DNA of 64,000 bases. Source: a bacterium. Its GTDB lineage: Bacteria; Patescibacteriota; Minisyncoccia; Phycocordibacterales; CALRBL01. Where the stretch lies: assembly GCA_027487075.1 (NCBI GenBank), contig JAIYEG010000002.1, positions 79,202-143,201 on the forward strand, written 5' to 3'. The notes beneath the pieces were generated by a model, which worked only from the letters and a program-made list of their open reading frames with translations, made no database searches and was not told where the DNA came from. Positions 9,782 through 20,430 of this stretch are shown here, one piece after another; within the stretch, counting starts at the first letter, position 1; every line of letters starts with the position of its first letter. Made by a program: the position numbers and the translations under genes.

Positions 9782-10820
9782 CACTTCAAAAAAGAAGGTG
9801 TTTGTCGGTATGTCTGGAGGTGTGGACTCCTCAGTGTCTGCAGCTCTTCTCAAAGAACAGGGATACGATGTGACGGGTGTGTTCATAAAGGTGTGGCAGC
9901 CAGACTTCATGCCCTGCAGTTGGAAAGATGAGCGTCGTGATGCGATGCGCGTTGCGGCGCACCTCAACATCCCCATCATCACGCTCGATCTCGAGAAAGC
10001 GTACAAGCAAGAAGTGGTGGACTATATGATCGACGAGTACAAGAGAGGACGCACACCCAATCCTGACGTCATGTGCAACCGCTACGTGAAGTTCGGTGGC
10101 TTTTTCGACTGGGCTATGGCACAAGGCGCTGACTTCGTCGCTACAGGTCACTACGCCCGCACGAAGGACGGCATGCTTTTGAAAGGTGAAGATGACAACA
10201 AGGATCAATCATATTTTTTGTGGACGCTCACGAAAGAAAAGCTTAAGAAAACATTATTTCCCGTTGGAGACATTGAGAAACCACAGGTACGCAAGCTTGC
10301 GAAGAAGTTCGAGCTTCCCAACGCTGAGAAGAAGGATAGTCAGGGATTATGTTTCGTGGGTAAGATCGATATGAAAGAATTTCTCGAGCATTTCATCGAA
10401 GAGAAGTCTGGCGATGTTATCAGTATCAACGGAGAAGTCATCGGTCATCACAATGGCGCGCTTTTTTTCACTATCGGCGAGCGTCACGGCTTCACGGTCA
10501 CCAAAAAGAGTCCTGATGACCGAGCATATTTTGTCGTTGCAAAGAATATCGACGCAAACACCCTCACGGTGTCACAAGACAAGCTTGAGCTTCAGGACAC
10601 AACATCAGACATCATCCTCAAAGATACCAACTGGATCAGCAGCACACCAGATGCACAAAAAGTATATAAAGCCCGCGTGCGATATCGAGGAGAACTTCAT
10701 GAGGTACAAATTGATGGCAACAAACTCAGTTTCATATCTTCAACTGACACAATCACCCCAGGACAGAGTGTTGTGGTGTATGACGGGGAGGTGTGTGTTG
10801 GGGGTGCTGTTATCGCCTAA
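9741..10820 (+). CDS. mnmA: tRNA 2-thiouridine(34) synthase
   Basis: MSGGVDSS, TPNPDVMCN, ATGHYA, KDQSYFL, DSQGLCF; start codon uncertain. Confidence 0.96.
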   Translation: MKNTSRTSIDTSANTSKKKVFVGMSGGVDSSVSAALLKEQGYDVTGVFIKVWQPDFMPCSWKDERRDAMRVAAHLNIPIITLDLEKAYKQEVVDYMIDEYKRGRTPNPDVMCNRYVKFGGFFDWAMAQGADFVATGHYARTKDGMLLKGEDDNKDQSYFLWTLTKEKLKKTLFPVGDIEKPQVRKLAKKFELPNAEKKDSQGLCFVGKIDMKEFLEHFIEEKSGDVISINGEVIGHHNGALFFTIGERHGFTVTKKSPDDRAYFVVAKNIDANTLTVSQDKLELQDTTSDIILKDTNWISSTPDAQKVYKARVRYRGELHEVQIDGNKLSFISSTDTITPGQSVVVYDGEVCVGGAVIA

Positions 10821-10897
10821 TAGACAACAGAAAGAAAGAGTGCTAATTTTCAAACGTTAACTTTTCATTCAACCTTAACTAAAGAAGGGATAAGACA

Positions 10898-11266
10898 GTG
10901 ATAAAGATTGTTCGTTTTGAATTAACGATTCGTTTCTGTACCAGTAAAGGTAGCTGGTTCCGCAGTGCCCAGTTTGCTACGCTTACCGGTGTGTATGAGT
11001 GGAAGCTGGAAGATGACGTGCCAAATGGGGTACAATTTATCATCGAGGCGGGGGCGCTTGGTACTGAGCGAGAGCTTCAGTTTGTCTACGACCCGAACAG
11101 GGCGGGAGTGCTCGTTGCGACGATTCAACGTGCCTTCGAAGCCTCGCGTCTTCCAGACGATTATCATCTCAATACTAAAAATCGTGTTGCGAGTTTTCTT
11201 ACCCAGGAGGTGCTGACAAGGCTGAGACAGCATGGGCAAAACTACAACTTCATCGAAGTAAGGTAG
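10898..11266 (+). CDS. hypothetical protein
   Basis: 122-aa ORF with a purine-rich leader, followed by terminator 11287-11322. Confidence 0.6.
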   Translation: MIKIVRFELTIRFCTSKGSWFRSAQFATLTGVYEWKLEDDVPNGVQFIIEAGALGTERELQFVYDPNRAGVLVATIQRAFEASRLPDDYHLNTKNRVASFLTQEVLTRLRQHGQNYNFIEVR

Positions 11267-11341
11267 TCCCGCACTGCATTGGCAATAAGCGCTCCCCGAC
11301 CTCGTGTCAGGGAGTGCTTTTTCGTATGTTATAATCCCTTC

Positions 11342-12184
11342 ATGGCATGGAATCCCACCTTCAAGAAAAAGCTGTTTGAGCCTGAAGTAAACGGCGATGG
11401 AACACCGTTCAAGCTTTCTCGTTCGAAGATCGATCTCTTCATCGAATGTCCTCGCTGCTTTTATCTTGATCGCCGTCTCGGCGTCTCACGTCCACAAGGC
11501 TTCCCATTCAATTTAAATAGCGCCGTCGACCACCTTCTCAAAAAGGAATTTGATGCGCATCGCGTAGCAAAGTCTGCACATCCGCTCATGACTACCTACG
11601 GCGTGGATGCAATTCCGTTTGCTCACCGTGATATGGATGTCTGGCGAGAAAACTTTGTCGGCGTGCAATCGCTTCATGAAAAAACCAACCTACTCATCTT
11701 CGGTGCAGTCGATGATGTCTGGATCAATCCAAAAGGCGAGCTCATCGTCGTCGACTACAAGGCGACAAGCAAAGATAGTGAAGTGAACCTCGATGCCGAG
11801 TGGCAAGACGGCTATAAGCGACAAATGGAAGTGTATCAGTGGCTTCTCAGGCAGAATAAATTTCCTGTTGCTGAGACGGGATATTTCGTCTATGCGAATG
11901 GTAAGCGAGATCGTGCTGCATTCGATGCGAAGCTTGAGTTTGATATTAAGCTCATTCCTTATACGGGCAACACTGATTGGATAGAAAAGACCCTCGGACT
12001 TATCAAGCAATGCCTCATGGATGATCGCATCCCGAGCGCTACTGAGACCTGCGAATACTGCTCATATCGAAACAAGGCAGGCAAGGCCATTATTGAAACC
12101 GCAGGGAAGCTCAAGGAAAAGGTAGAGCAGGAGCCTGTAAAGATAGCTAAAGCTAAGACAAAGAAAAGCAAAAAAGATGAGTAA
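11342..12184 (+). CDS. PD-(D/E)XK nuclease, RecB/AddB/Cas4-like
   Basis: CPRCF, GAVDD...VVDYK, QMEVY, CEYC; start placed 6 nt after TATAAT. Confidence 0.85.
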   Translation: MAWNPTFKKKLFEPEVNGDGTPFKLSRSKIDLFIECPRCFYLDRRLGVSRPQGFPFNLNSAVDHLLKKEFDAHRVAKSAHPLMTTYGVDAIPFAHRDMDVWRENFVGVQSLHEKTNLLIFGAVDDVWINPKGELIVVDYKATSKDSEVNLDAEWQDGYKRQMEVYQWLLRQNKFPVAETGYFVYANGKRDRAAFDAKLEFDIKLIPYTGNTDWIEKTLGLIKQCLMDDRIPSATETCEYCSYRNKAGKAIIETAGKLKEKVEQEPVKIAKAKTKKSKKDE

Positions 12185-12767
12185 GGTTGATGAATTGCAA
12201 AAGATTGAACAGGATATTCTCGATCTCACGCAATCACCTTTGTATACACACCGCACAGAAAATAAATATTTTCCTGTCATAGGAGAGGGAAGTGTTGATG
12301 CGCGCATCATGATCATCGGTGAAGCACCTGGAAAGAATGAAGCGCTTACGGGCAAGCCGTTTTGCGGAGCATCAGGAAAAATCCTTGATAAGCTTCTCGC
12401 ATCAATCGGCCTTGAGCGTCAAAGCGTGTACATCACGAATATCGTCAAGGATCGTCCGCCTGAAAATCGCGATCCGACCCCGGAAGAAATTGCGCTCTAT
12501 ACGCCGTTTCTCGATCGACAGATTGACCTCATGCAGCCGAAAGTGATCGTAACGCTCGGTCGTTTTTCTATGACGTATATCATGCAGAAGTTTGATCCAG
12601 CATGGAATGAACATATTTCTGGTGTACACGGACAGGAGATTGGCGTGCAGGCTTCGTATGGTGAGATAACGGTTTTGCCGCTGTATCATCCTGCAGCAAC
12701 GATCTATAACCAGAAGCTTAAAGAGACGTTTTTCGAAGATGGTCAAAAATTGAAGAACTATATGTAG
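12177..12767 (+). CDS. uracil-DNA glycosylase (family 4 type)
   Basis: GEAPG, RPPENRDP, LYHPAA. Confidence 0.92.
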   Translation: MSKVDELQKIEQDILDLTQSPLYTHRTENKYFPVIGEGSVDARIMIIGEAPGKNEALTGKPFCGASGKILDKLLASIGLERQSVYITNIVKDRPPENRDPTPEEIALYTPFLDRQIDLMQPKVIVTLGRFSMTYIMQKFDPAWNEHISGVHGQEIGVQASYGEITVLPLYHPAATIYNQKLKETFFEDGQKLKNYM

Positions 12768-12778
12768 TTAATAAATGA

Positions 12779-12806
12779 AAGCGGCGGCCATGACTGGCCG
12801 CCGCTT
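12779..12806. terminator. hairpin between convergent genes
   Basis: AAGCGGCGGCCA-TGAC-TGGCCGCCGCTT. Confidence 0.8.
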
Positions 12807-12817
12807 ATCCAAATGTG

Positions 12818-13720
12818 TTAGAGATGGATACCGATTATTTTTGCCCACTCACCTTGAAGATATCCGAGCGCGGCGAGCAAAACAGCTTGCTGTCCGATGT
12901 GATCAACGTTGTGCGAGCTAAAATCATACCCCCGACCTGGTACCCCAATGCTGTGCCACTCATTGGGATTTAATCCTGACGCGTCACCTGGACAGGTAAT
13001 AATCAGACCGCCTCTATTGTCACAGACGCTGCAACGGTGCAGATCGAGCCCTACATACGACTCTTTTCCAGTTCTCATCATGTGCACCCAAAGTTCGAAC
13101 ATCATTTTGGAAACGTCGCTTTTTATCATTCCGCGCATAATGCTTGGAAGCATGTTTGCAAAGCCTGGAGAAAAAGACCCGTTTAAGCTAGCACCTCCTG
13201 ACTGCTTCTCCATACATGTTTGAAGGGTGAGAGGCTGATTAAATGACGGTTGAATTTCATTGTTTTCAGGCTCAAATGCGAGCAAGTCAAAGAACAATGC
13301 CAGGCTTGCTCCAAGCGCGTCAGCTTCCTGCCAGCGCAGTTCATAAGTGACACCTCCATCGCAGCTAAAGCAATTCATACCATCATTTTCTCCGGTGCCA
13401 CTGCACGTAGAACAAGTTCCGGTGATATGAGTTACTTTGGGAAAAGGCGCTTCAAAAATTTGAAAGTCCTCGCTCTCTGCAACATACTTGATGACTCCTC
13501 CGAACCCGAAACCACTTTGAAAGGAACGAGAAAAGGAAATGTCATCAGGTATTGAAAGTGAAGATCGAAACCTTCTGACAAAATCAGGCCCCAGGCCCAG
13601 ATCTGCCTCTGCACTCCGAATCACATCTTTTCGGACATGAAAACGTAAGATTTTTTGAACTGGGTCGTAGACAAACGCGTACCAGGCCGGAATCGGCCCT
13701 TCAGTGATAATTCGATTCAT
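12818..13720 (-). CDS. hypothetical protein with CxxCxGxG zinc-finger motif
   Basis: 300-aa ORF; CSTCSGTG and CFSCDGG. Confidence 0.7.
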   Translation of the reverse strand: MNRIITEGPIPAWYAFVYDPVQKILRFHVRKDVIRSAEADLGLGPDFVRRFRSSLSIPDDISFSRSFQSGFGFGGVIKYVAESEDFQIFEAPFPKVTHITGTCSTCSGTGENDGMNCFSCDGGVTYELRWQEADALGASLALFFDLLAFEPENNEIQPSFNQPLTLQTCMEKQSGGASLNGSFSPGFANMLPSIMRGMIKSDVSKMMFELWVHMMRTGKESYVGLDLHRCSVCDNRGGLIITCPGDASGLNPNEWHSIGVPGRGYDFSSHNVDHIGQQAVLLAALGYLQGEWAKIIGIHL

Positions 13721-13808
13721 TTTTTAGGTTCTCCGGTTAAGGCTTACGTAGAGGCTACTATAAAGTAGTGTTATTGTGCAATAACACCCATTGTCATATA
13801 CTCGGCTT

Positions 13809-15572
13809 ATGAAAACCAAGATCAAAACTGAGTGGGATCTCAAAAGCCTTTTTTATGAATCTCATGATGATCCTAAGATTGAAAAGGATCTTAAGAAATG
13901 CGAGAAACTTACTGATGACTTTTCAAAAAAGTATAAAGGTGTGAATTTTACAAAGAATGAAGATTCGCTTTTTGCCGCTCTGACTGACTACGAAGAATTG
14001 ATGGGTGATTCTTCAGGAGCGCGAGCGATTCGCTATTTCCAGTACGCACACGATAAGAATGCTGAGGATAAAAAGGCAGAAGCTGCATTACAGCAGCTGA
14101 ACGACCGTCTTACCAAGGCTTTTAATAAAATCATCTTTTTTGAGCTTGAAATCGGGAAAATTCCTAAAATTGATCAGGTACGCGTATTGGAATCAAAAAA
14201 ATTAAAACATTTTGAGTATTTCCTTTCAAAGAGTTTTCAAAGATCAAAATATAATCTTTCTGAGCCTGAAGAAAAAATCCTATCACTCAAGTCGCTTACT
14301 TCTCGAGAGCTTTGGATATCGAGCAATCAAAAATCTATTAGCAAGCAAACGATTGTCTGGAAAGGGGAAATAACACCCATCGCAAAAGCTTCTGCAATGA
14401 TATCAACTCTGCCTTTGAAGGAGCGACGTTCTCTGCATTCGCTTGTATTAAAAAAATTAGAATCAATCAGTGATTTGGCTGAAGCAGAAATAAATGCGGT
14501 ATATATCGATAAGAAAATAAACGATGAGCTTCGCGGCTTTAAGAAGCCTTATGATGCGACACTTTTGTCGCATGAGACAGACGAGAAGATGGTGACTACT
14601 CTTGTAGACACGGTTACGGATAAATTTTCTATAAGCCATCGTTTCTATAAGCTCAAAGCACGATTATTGAAGTTAGAAAAACTAAGCTACGCCGATAGGG
14701 CTGCCGGTATTGGAAAAACGACAAAAAAAGTTGAGTTTGAGGAAGGGTTAGATATTGTAAAGAAATCCTTCGGTGAAATGGATGAAGATTTTGAGAAATT
14801 GCTTGATAGTTTTATAAGAAACGGCCAGATTGATGTATATCCTAAAAAGGGTAAGCGTGGTGGCGCATATTGCTCTGGCACGACTAATCTTCCAACAATG
14901 CTGTTGCTCAACAATATTCCTGAGATGGGCTCTGTTTCTACCTTAGCTCATGAAATGGGTCACGCAATTCATTTTGAGTACTCGAAAAAACAAAGCCCGC
15001 TCTACCAAGATATCACCATAGCGGTTGCTGAAGTGGCGAGCACTTTTTTTGAAGAAGTCATTTTCAATAATTTATTGCCTACCTTATCCAAAAAAGAGCA
15101 GATTATCGCGTTGCATGACAAGATCAATGATGAGATTAGCACTATTTTCCGTCAAATTGCCTGTTTTAACTTTGAGAATGAGTTGCATCAACTTATAAGA
15201 GCAAAAGGCGCACTATCAAAAGAGGAGATAGGTAACGTTCTTAATAAGCACATGAGGTCATACCTTGGTCCAAAAGTTGGCATGACTGAAGAAGATGGAT
15301 ATTTCTTTGTCATGTGGGGTCATATTCGTAACTTTTTTTACGTGTACTCTTATTCATATGGAAATCTCGTCAGCAAGGCGCTCTATAGGAAGTATCAGCA
15401 AGATAATACGTACATAGAAAAGATTAAGTCATTCTTAAGTGCGGGTAATTCAAAAAGCCCTCGCGACATCTTTAATGACATCGGTATCGACACGTCAGAT
15501 CCGAAGTTCTGGGAAGAAGGACTTGCTCAGATCGAAGATGATATCAAGAGACTGGAGAAACTAACGAAATAA
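13809..15572 (+). CDS. pepF: oligoendopeptidase F (M3B)
   Basis: GKRGGAYC, LAHEMGHAIH, AEVAS, FYVYSY. Confidence 0.92.
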   Translation: MKTKIKTEWDLKSLFYESHDDPKIEKDLKKCEKLTDDFSKKYKGVNFTKNEDSLFAALTDYEELMGDSSGARAIRYFQYAHDKNAEDKKAEAALQQLNDRLTKAFNKIIFFELEIGKIPKIDQVRVLESKKLKHFEYFLSKSFQRSKYNLSEPEEKILSLKSLTSRELWISSNQKSISKQTIVWKGEITPIAKASAMISTLPLKERRSLHSLVLKKLESISDLAEAEINAVYIDKKINDELRGFKKPYDATLLSHETDEKMVTTLVDTVTDKFSISHRFYKLKARLLKLEKLSYADRAAGIGKTTKKVEFEEGLDIVKKSFGEMDEDFEKLLDSFIRNGQIDVYPKKGKRGGAYCSGTTNLPTMLLLNNIPEMGSVSTLAHEMGHAIHFEYSKKQSPLYQDITIAVAEVASTFFEEVIFNNLLPTLSKKEQIIALHDKINDEISTIFRQIACFNFENELHQLIRAKGALSKEEIGNVLNKHMRSYLGPKVGMTEEDGYFFVMWGHIRNFFYVYSYSYGNLVSKALYRKYQQDNTYIEKIKSFLSAGNSKSPRDIFNDIGIDTSDPKFWEEGLAQIEDDIKRLEKLTK

Positions 15573-15588
15573 TGCTAAAAATAGGCAC

Positions 15589-17367
15589 ATGACCTCAGCC
15601 GAAATACGCAAGCGATTCATATCATTTTTCGAGAAACGCGGGCACGCCGTGCTTCCTTCGGCATCACTCGTACCTGAAAATGACCCATCAGTACTCTTCA
15701 ATACTGCCGGAATGCAACCGCTCGTACCATACCTTCTCGGCGAAAAGCACCCGCTCGGCACACGTCTCGTGAACTTCCAGAAATGCGTGCGCACAGGCGA
15801 CATCGATGATATTGGCGACAACACACACGCTACCTTCTTCGAAATGATGGGGAACTGGTCGCTCGGCGATTACTTCAAGGAAGACGCTATCAAATGGAGC
15901 TACGAGCTCCTCACTTCAAAAGATGAAGGATTCGGCCTCGATCCACATCGCCTCTACGTGACGGTATTTGAAGGTAACGAAGATGCGCCTCGCGATGATG
16001 AGGCTGCGGCAATCTGGAAAAAATATCTTCCTGAAAACCGCATCTACTACCGACCGGCAGACAAGAATTGGTGGAGCGCGGGTGATAACGGCCCATGCGG
16101 ACCTGACACCGAAATGTTTTACGACGTTACGGGAACGCTCGGCGACATGACGCTTGAAGAGTATCTCAAAGCTGATGATGAGCAGAAAGTTGTTGAGATC
16201 TGGAACGACGTATTCATGGAATACCTCAAGAAAGACGGAAAGGTAGTAGGGAAGCTTGCCAACAAGAACGTGGATACAGGATCAGGATTCGAGCGCATCA
16301 CGATGGTGCTCCAGGGAAAGGATAATATCTTCGACACCGACCTTTTCCTGCCGATCATCAACAAGATCAAGGAATTTACCTCCGTCGATACGACCACCAA
16401 AGAATCTATCCGAGCAATGCGTATTATCGCTGACCATCTTCGCGCTACAACATTTCTTATCGGTGACGGCGTGCTTCCTGGTAATAAGGATCAGGGATAC
16501 ATCCTCCGACGTCTTCTACGACGCGCTGTTCGCTATGCGGATACACTCAACATGAAGCACGGTAGTCTGTTTTGGATTGCAGATACCATTGTGACTGAAT
16601 ACAAGGATGCATATCCGATGCTTATCACCCAGAAGGAGCATATTAAGAGTGAGATAGATAAAGAAGAGCAAAAGTTTCGCTCAACTCTTGCTAAAGGCAT
16701 GAAAGAATTCGAACGTATGGCAACGAGTAGTATTTCGGGTGATGATGCCTTTCTTTTGCTTTCAAGCTATGGATTTCCTATTGATCTCACCAAAGAATTA
16801 GCAAAGGAACGAGGTCTAACGGTAGATGAAAAAGGATTTGAAGAGGCATTCAAAAAGCACCAAGACCTCTCACGCTCAGGATCTGAACAGAAGTTCAAAG
16901 GAGGGCTTTCGGGGACTGGAGAAATGGAAACCCGCTACCACACAGCAACCCATCTTCTCAATGCCGCACTCCGCGAAGTGCTTGGAAATCACATCTCACA
17001 AAAGGGAAGCAACATCACTGCAGAGCGCATGCGCTTCGACTTCTCGCACGGCGCAAAAATGACTGATGAAGAAAAGAAGAAAGTGGAAGTTCTTGTGAAT
17101 CAGAAGATCGATGAAGCGCATCCTGTGACATTCAAAGAGATGCCGAAAGAAGAAGCAGAGCGTATCGGAGCAATCCATGCATTTGGAGACAAGTATGGTG
17201 ACATCGTAAAAGTATATTCGATCGGCAATGAGACCGATGGCTACTTCAGTCGTGAATTCTGTGGAGGTCCGCACGTGGCAAACACGAAAGAGCTCGGCCA
17301 CTTCAAGATCGTGAAGGAAGAAGCAGTCTCTCAAAGCGTGCGACGAATAAAAGCTGTGTTAGAATAG
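15589..17367 (+). CDS. alaS: alanine--tRNA ligase (short form lacking C-Ala)
   Basis: LFNTAGMQ, HATFFEMMGNWS, DTGSGFER, HTATHLL, EFCGGPHV; 592 aa. Confidence 0.96.
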   Translation: MTSAEIRKRFISFFEKRGHAVLPSASLVPENDPSVLFNTAGMQPLVPYLLGEKHPLGTRLVNFQKCVRTGDIDDIGDNTHATFFEMMGNWSLGDYFKEDAIKWSYELLTSKDEGFGLDPHRLYVTVFEGNEDAPRDDEAAAIWKKYLPENRIYYRPADKNWWSAGDNGPCGPDTEMFYDVTGTLGDMTLEEYLKADDEQKVVEIWNDVFMEYLKKDGKVVGKLANKNVDTGSGFERITMVLQGKDNIFDTDLFLPIINKIKEFTSVDTTTKESIRAMRIIADHLRATTFLIGDGVLPGNKDQGYILRRLLRRAVRYADTLNMKHGSLFWIADTIVTEYKDAYPMLITQKEHIKSEIDKEEQKFRSTLAKGMKEFERMATSSISGDDAFLLLSSYGFPIDLTKELAKERGLTVDEKGFEEAFKKHQDLSRSGSEQKFKGGLSGTGEMETRYHTATHLLNAALREVLGNHISQKGSNITAERMRFDFSHGAKMTDEEKKKVEVLVNQKIDEAHPVTFKEMPKEEAERIGAIHAFGDKYGDIVKVYSIGNETDGYFSREFCGGPHVANTKELGHFKIVKEEAVSQSVRRIKAVLE

Positions 17368-17371
17368 TGGC

Positions 17372-18337
17372 ATGGATCCACTGAAGCTCCTTATCACCGA
17401 CACTTCTTTTCTCCTTTCGCGAAAAGGCGAGATGATTGCGCATGAAATATTTGCCACAGATGACGAATGTTTTGAAAAAATTAAGAACGCACTCGCTTCA
17501 CACAAAAACACATCTCTCATCTGTTACTTTTCCGGAAGTCGCGTCAAAACTTCGGGAAAAACCATCCACTACGAACAAAAAACTCCATTCTCTGCTGACA
17601 AAGAGCTCCTTGAGACGCTGGTTTATCAGGCAAAAGATGCTTTTTTAAAGGAACATTCAGAGGAAGTATATGAATTGTGTGATTCTTCGGTGCGTAATAT
17701 CCGTCTCAATGACTATCCGGTGACTGAGTTGCAGAAAACCAAGGCACTGGATCTTAAAGTGAATATCTTTTTGGTCGCTATTGGCAAGAAGTATCTTTTC
17801 TCACTCAAACAGGCTCTCAAACCGTTTAAGGAAAATGCTGTGACCTATCGAGCATTTGCGGAATCACTCGCATCACGTGCCGAAGCCCTCACACACAAGA
17901 ATGATTTTATGGTGTGTTCAGCATATGAGCGATCAACAGATATTGCGGTACATAAGATAGGAAACTTTTTTGCACTGACCACGGTTCCGCTCGGTACTCA
18001 TCATGTACTCGAACACCTTGCAAAAGGGCTTTCACTTACCATGGAACAAGCTGAAGAGCAGCTTCTTGCGTATAATGAAGGTCATCTTGATGTCGCACTC
18101 AGCACAAAAGTCGATGAAGCTCTCCTTTCATTCCAAATTTCTTTTGATAATGAAGTAAAAAAAGCACTCACGTTTCTTTCTGCGGGAATATCTCTTCCAT
18201 CACAAGTATTTTTGCTCGCATCACCGTTTTTCAGAAAGGCATTTGATGCAGCTTTTGTCAGCGACTCATATCATGCACATGTCTTTAGTGAAAAGGGATT
18301 TGAAGTTACCAATATGAGTAGTATACTTACATCATGA
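17372..18337 (+). CDS. degenerate FtsA/actin-like protein
   Basis: PLGTHHVLEHLAKGL...AEE segment; typical CPR position before a baseplate-J-like gene. Confidence 0.5.
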   Translation: MDPLKLLITDTSFLLSRKGEMIAHEIFATDDECFEKIKNALASHKNTSLICYFSGSRVKTSGKTIHYEQKTPFSADKELLETLVYQAKDAFLKEHSEEVYELCDSSVRNIRLNDYPVTELQKTKALDLKVNIFLVAIGKKYLFSLKQALKPFKENAVTYRAFAESLASRAEALTHKNDFMVCSAYERSTDIAVHKIGNFFALTTVPLGTHHVLEHLAKGLSLTMEQAEEQLLAYNEGHLDVALSTKVDEALLSFQISFDNEVKKALTFLSAGISLPSQVFLLASPFFRKAFDAAFVSDSYHAHVFSEKGFEVTNMSSILTS

Positions 18338-19650
18338 ATTCAAAGCATGCATTTGATGATATTATTCCCCCTTCAAAAGCACCGTCACAACGACGTAGTA
18401 TCCGCGATATACCCGTCAGAGAAAAAAAGCAAAACAAAATAGAAGAATTACTTGAAGAAACAGCAGAGATTCGAGCGGAGCATCACACCCCACCTCCTGC
18501 TTATACACCTCCCGTACGTATGCGTCCTATAAACACAAGAAAGAAATCAAGCAAGCTTCCTTTGATTCTTTTAGTAGTTATTGTGCTCATTGCACTCGGT
18601 GGTGCAGCCATGACCTTCGTCTTCGATGGAGCAAACGTTAAGGTTACCATCAAATCTGAGTCAATTCCTGTAGAAGTAACCGCAACCTCGACTCCTGATA
18701 GCTCATCAGCAACAGGAACACTTCCATATAAGGTGATTCCAGTTCAGAAGGAAGCATCAGCAGAAGTAACTGCTACCGGGGCACCCTCAAAAGTTGAGAA
18801 GAAAGCGAGTGGTATCATTACTATCGTCAACAAAAACACCGCCCCACAGCAGCTCATTGCCACTACACGCTTTGAAACTTCCGAAGGTCTTGTCTACCGT
18901 CTGGATGAGCCGGTGACCGTGCCCGCAAATGGAAGTATTGATGCCAAAGTTACCGCAGATCAACCTGGTGACAAGTATAATGTAGGCCTCAAGGACTTTA
19001 CTCTTCCTGGGTTCAAGGGAACACCAAAGTTCACCACCATCACCGCTCGATCAAAGACCACCATGACCGGCGGATTCTCAGGTATGCTTCCAAAAGTAGA
19101 GGAGGCTGATCTTTTGCAAGCAAATAAGACACTCGAAAAGACACTCACTGAACAAGCGATTGCAGAGGCAAAACGCCAGCTTGGTAAAGACCAGCTAATT
19201 TTTGCAAATGGAGGTGTACGCACTACGTATACTAGCAGTCTCGAGCCAGGATCAGCAGGAAAAGCAACAGTAAAGGGGAAGGTAGTAGCAGAAGCTCTGG
19301 TTTACGATATTTCAGCAATCGAAACCCTCATCGCTAACACCAAAAATGGACAGCGATATCGCTTCGATAATCTCGACAGCTTGGCTGTGAGCTTCAACAA
19401 CCGTAACCCTATCACTTCATATATTGGCGGACCCGTGCTACTCTTGAAGCTCACCGGAACACTTACCACCGGCCAATCATTCGATGAGAATGCACTTAAG
19501 GGAGCACTTTCAGGTAAAGCAAAGGGGCAAATGCCACAAATTCTTGGTATGTACCCCGAAATCACCGAAGGAAATGCTACGATCAGACCATTTTGGAGTA
19601 AGTCATTCCCAACAGATACCAATAAAATAATTATACACATCACACAATAA
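18334..19650 (+). CDS. membrane-anchored baseplate-J-like protein
   Basis: Single TM helix; KASGIITI, TRFET, ADQPGDKYN, PFWSKSFP. Confidence 0.65.
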   Translation: MNSKHAFDDIIPPSKAPSQRRSIRDIPVREKKQNKIEELLEETAEIRAEHHTPPPAYTPPVRMRPINTRKKSSKLPLILLVVIVLIALGGAAMTFVFDGANVKVTIKSESIPVEVTATSTPDSSSATGTLPYKVIPVQKEASAEVTATGAPSKVEKKASGIITIVNKNTAPQQLIATTRFETSEGLVYRLDEPVTVPANGSIDAKVTADQPGDKYNVGLKDFTLPGFKGTPKFTTITARSKTTMTGGFSGMLPKVEEADLLQANKTLEKTLTEQAIAEAKRQLGKDQLIFANGGVRTTYTSSLEPGSAGKATVKGKVVAEALVYDISAIETLIANTKNGQRYRFDNLDSLAVSFNNRNPITSYIGGPVLLLKLTGTLTTGQSFDENALKGALSGKAKGQMPQILGMYPEITEGNATIRPFWSKSFPTDTNKIIIHITQ

Positions 19651-19865
19651 TGCCCGCAGATAACACCCCTCAGAAAATTACCGGTTTTGTCACCGAAGCC
19701 CTCCCCAATACCGAATTTAAAGTCCAACTCGAAGATGGGCGTATTATTCACACGTATTTAAGTGGTAAAATGAAGATAAATCGTATCCGTGTGCTCGTGG
19801 GAGATAAGGTAGAAGTCGAACAAAACCCCTACGAAGGTAAGAGCCGTTTGACGAGAAGATTGTAG
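19650..19865 (+). CDS. infA: translation initiation factor IF-1
   Basis: EALPNTEF...LSGKM...GDKV. Confidence 0.96.
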   Translation: MPADNTPQKITGFVTEALPNTEFKVQLEDGRIIHTYLSGKMKINRIRVLVGDKVEVEQNPYEGKSRLTRRL

Positions 19866-19895
19866 TATGATAGCTTTGTATTTACTGGCAAATTT

Positions 19896-20012
19896 ATGAA
19901 AGTAAAGGCATCCGTCAAGAAAATATGCGCAAAATGCAAGGTTGTACGCCGAAAGGGGTATGTCTACGTTACGTGCAAATCAAACCCTCGCCATAAACAG
20001 CGTCAGGGATAA
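19896..20012 (+). CDS. rpmJ: 50S ribosomal protein L36
   Basis: Manual translation [38 protein letters not shown]; below the ORF-track length cutoff. Confidence 0.97.
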   Translation: MKVKASVKKICAKCKVVRRKGYVYVTCKSNPRHKQRQG

Positions 20013-20034
20013 CTTTTAATTATTTAATTTATTT

Positions 20035-20412
20035 ATGCGTATCCTAGGTATCACTATTCCAGATGAGAAGCGACTTGAGATCGGCCTTACCGCACTCTAC
20101 GGTATCGGACGCCCTCGAGCCCTTAAGATCCTTGCACAAGCTAAAGTAGACGCGGGAAAGAAGTCAAAAGACCTCACCCCTGAAGAAGAGAACACTATCC
20201 GTACTATCGTAGAAGCCTTCAAGATCGAGGCGGACCTCAAACGAGAAGTATCAGCAAACATCAAGCGCCTCAAAGATATTAAGTCATACCGTGGTAGCCG
20301 ACACGCAAAGCGCCTTCCAGCTCGCGGTCAGCGCACTAAGACCAATGCTCGAACACTCAAGGGAGTGAAGAAGACTATGGGAAGCGGACGACGCAAGGAA
20401 TCAAAGACATAA
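20035..20412 (+). CDS. rpsM: 30S ribosomal protein S13
   Basis: LYGIG, YRGSRH, RGQRTKTNART. Confidence 0.97.
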   Translation: MRILGITIPDEKRLEIGLTALYGIGRPRALKILAQAKVDAGKKSKDLTPEEENTIRTIVEAFKIEADLKREVSANIKRLKDIKSYRGSRHAKRLPARGQRTKTNARTLKGVKKTMGSGRRKESKT

Positions 20413-20430
20413 ACATAATTAATTAGCCAT

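Noticed and set aside
10838-10846. CIRCE half-site GAGTGCTAA
   Set aside because: There is no left arm TTAGCACTC and it is not near the chaperone genes; it is more likely an extended -10.
11342-12184. CRISPR-Cas locus
   Set aside because: No repeat-spacer array and no other cas genes in the window.
18334-19650. Prophage, suggested by the baseplate-J-like gene
   Set aside because: It is membrane-anchored, embedded between alaS and infA, and has no other phage genes around it.
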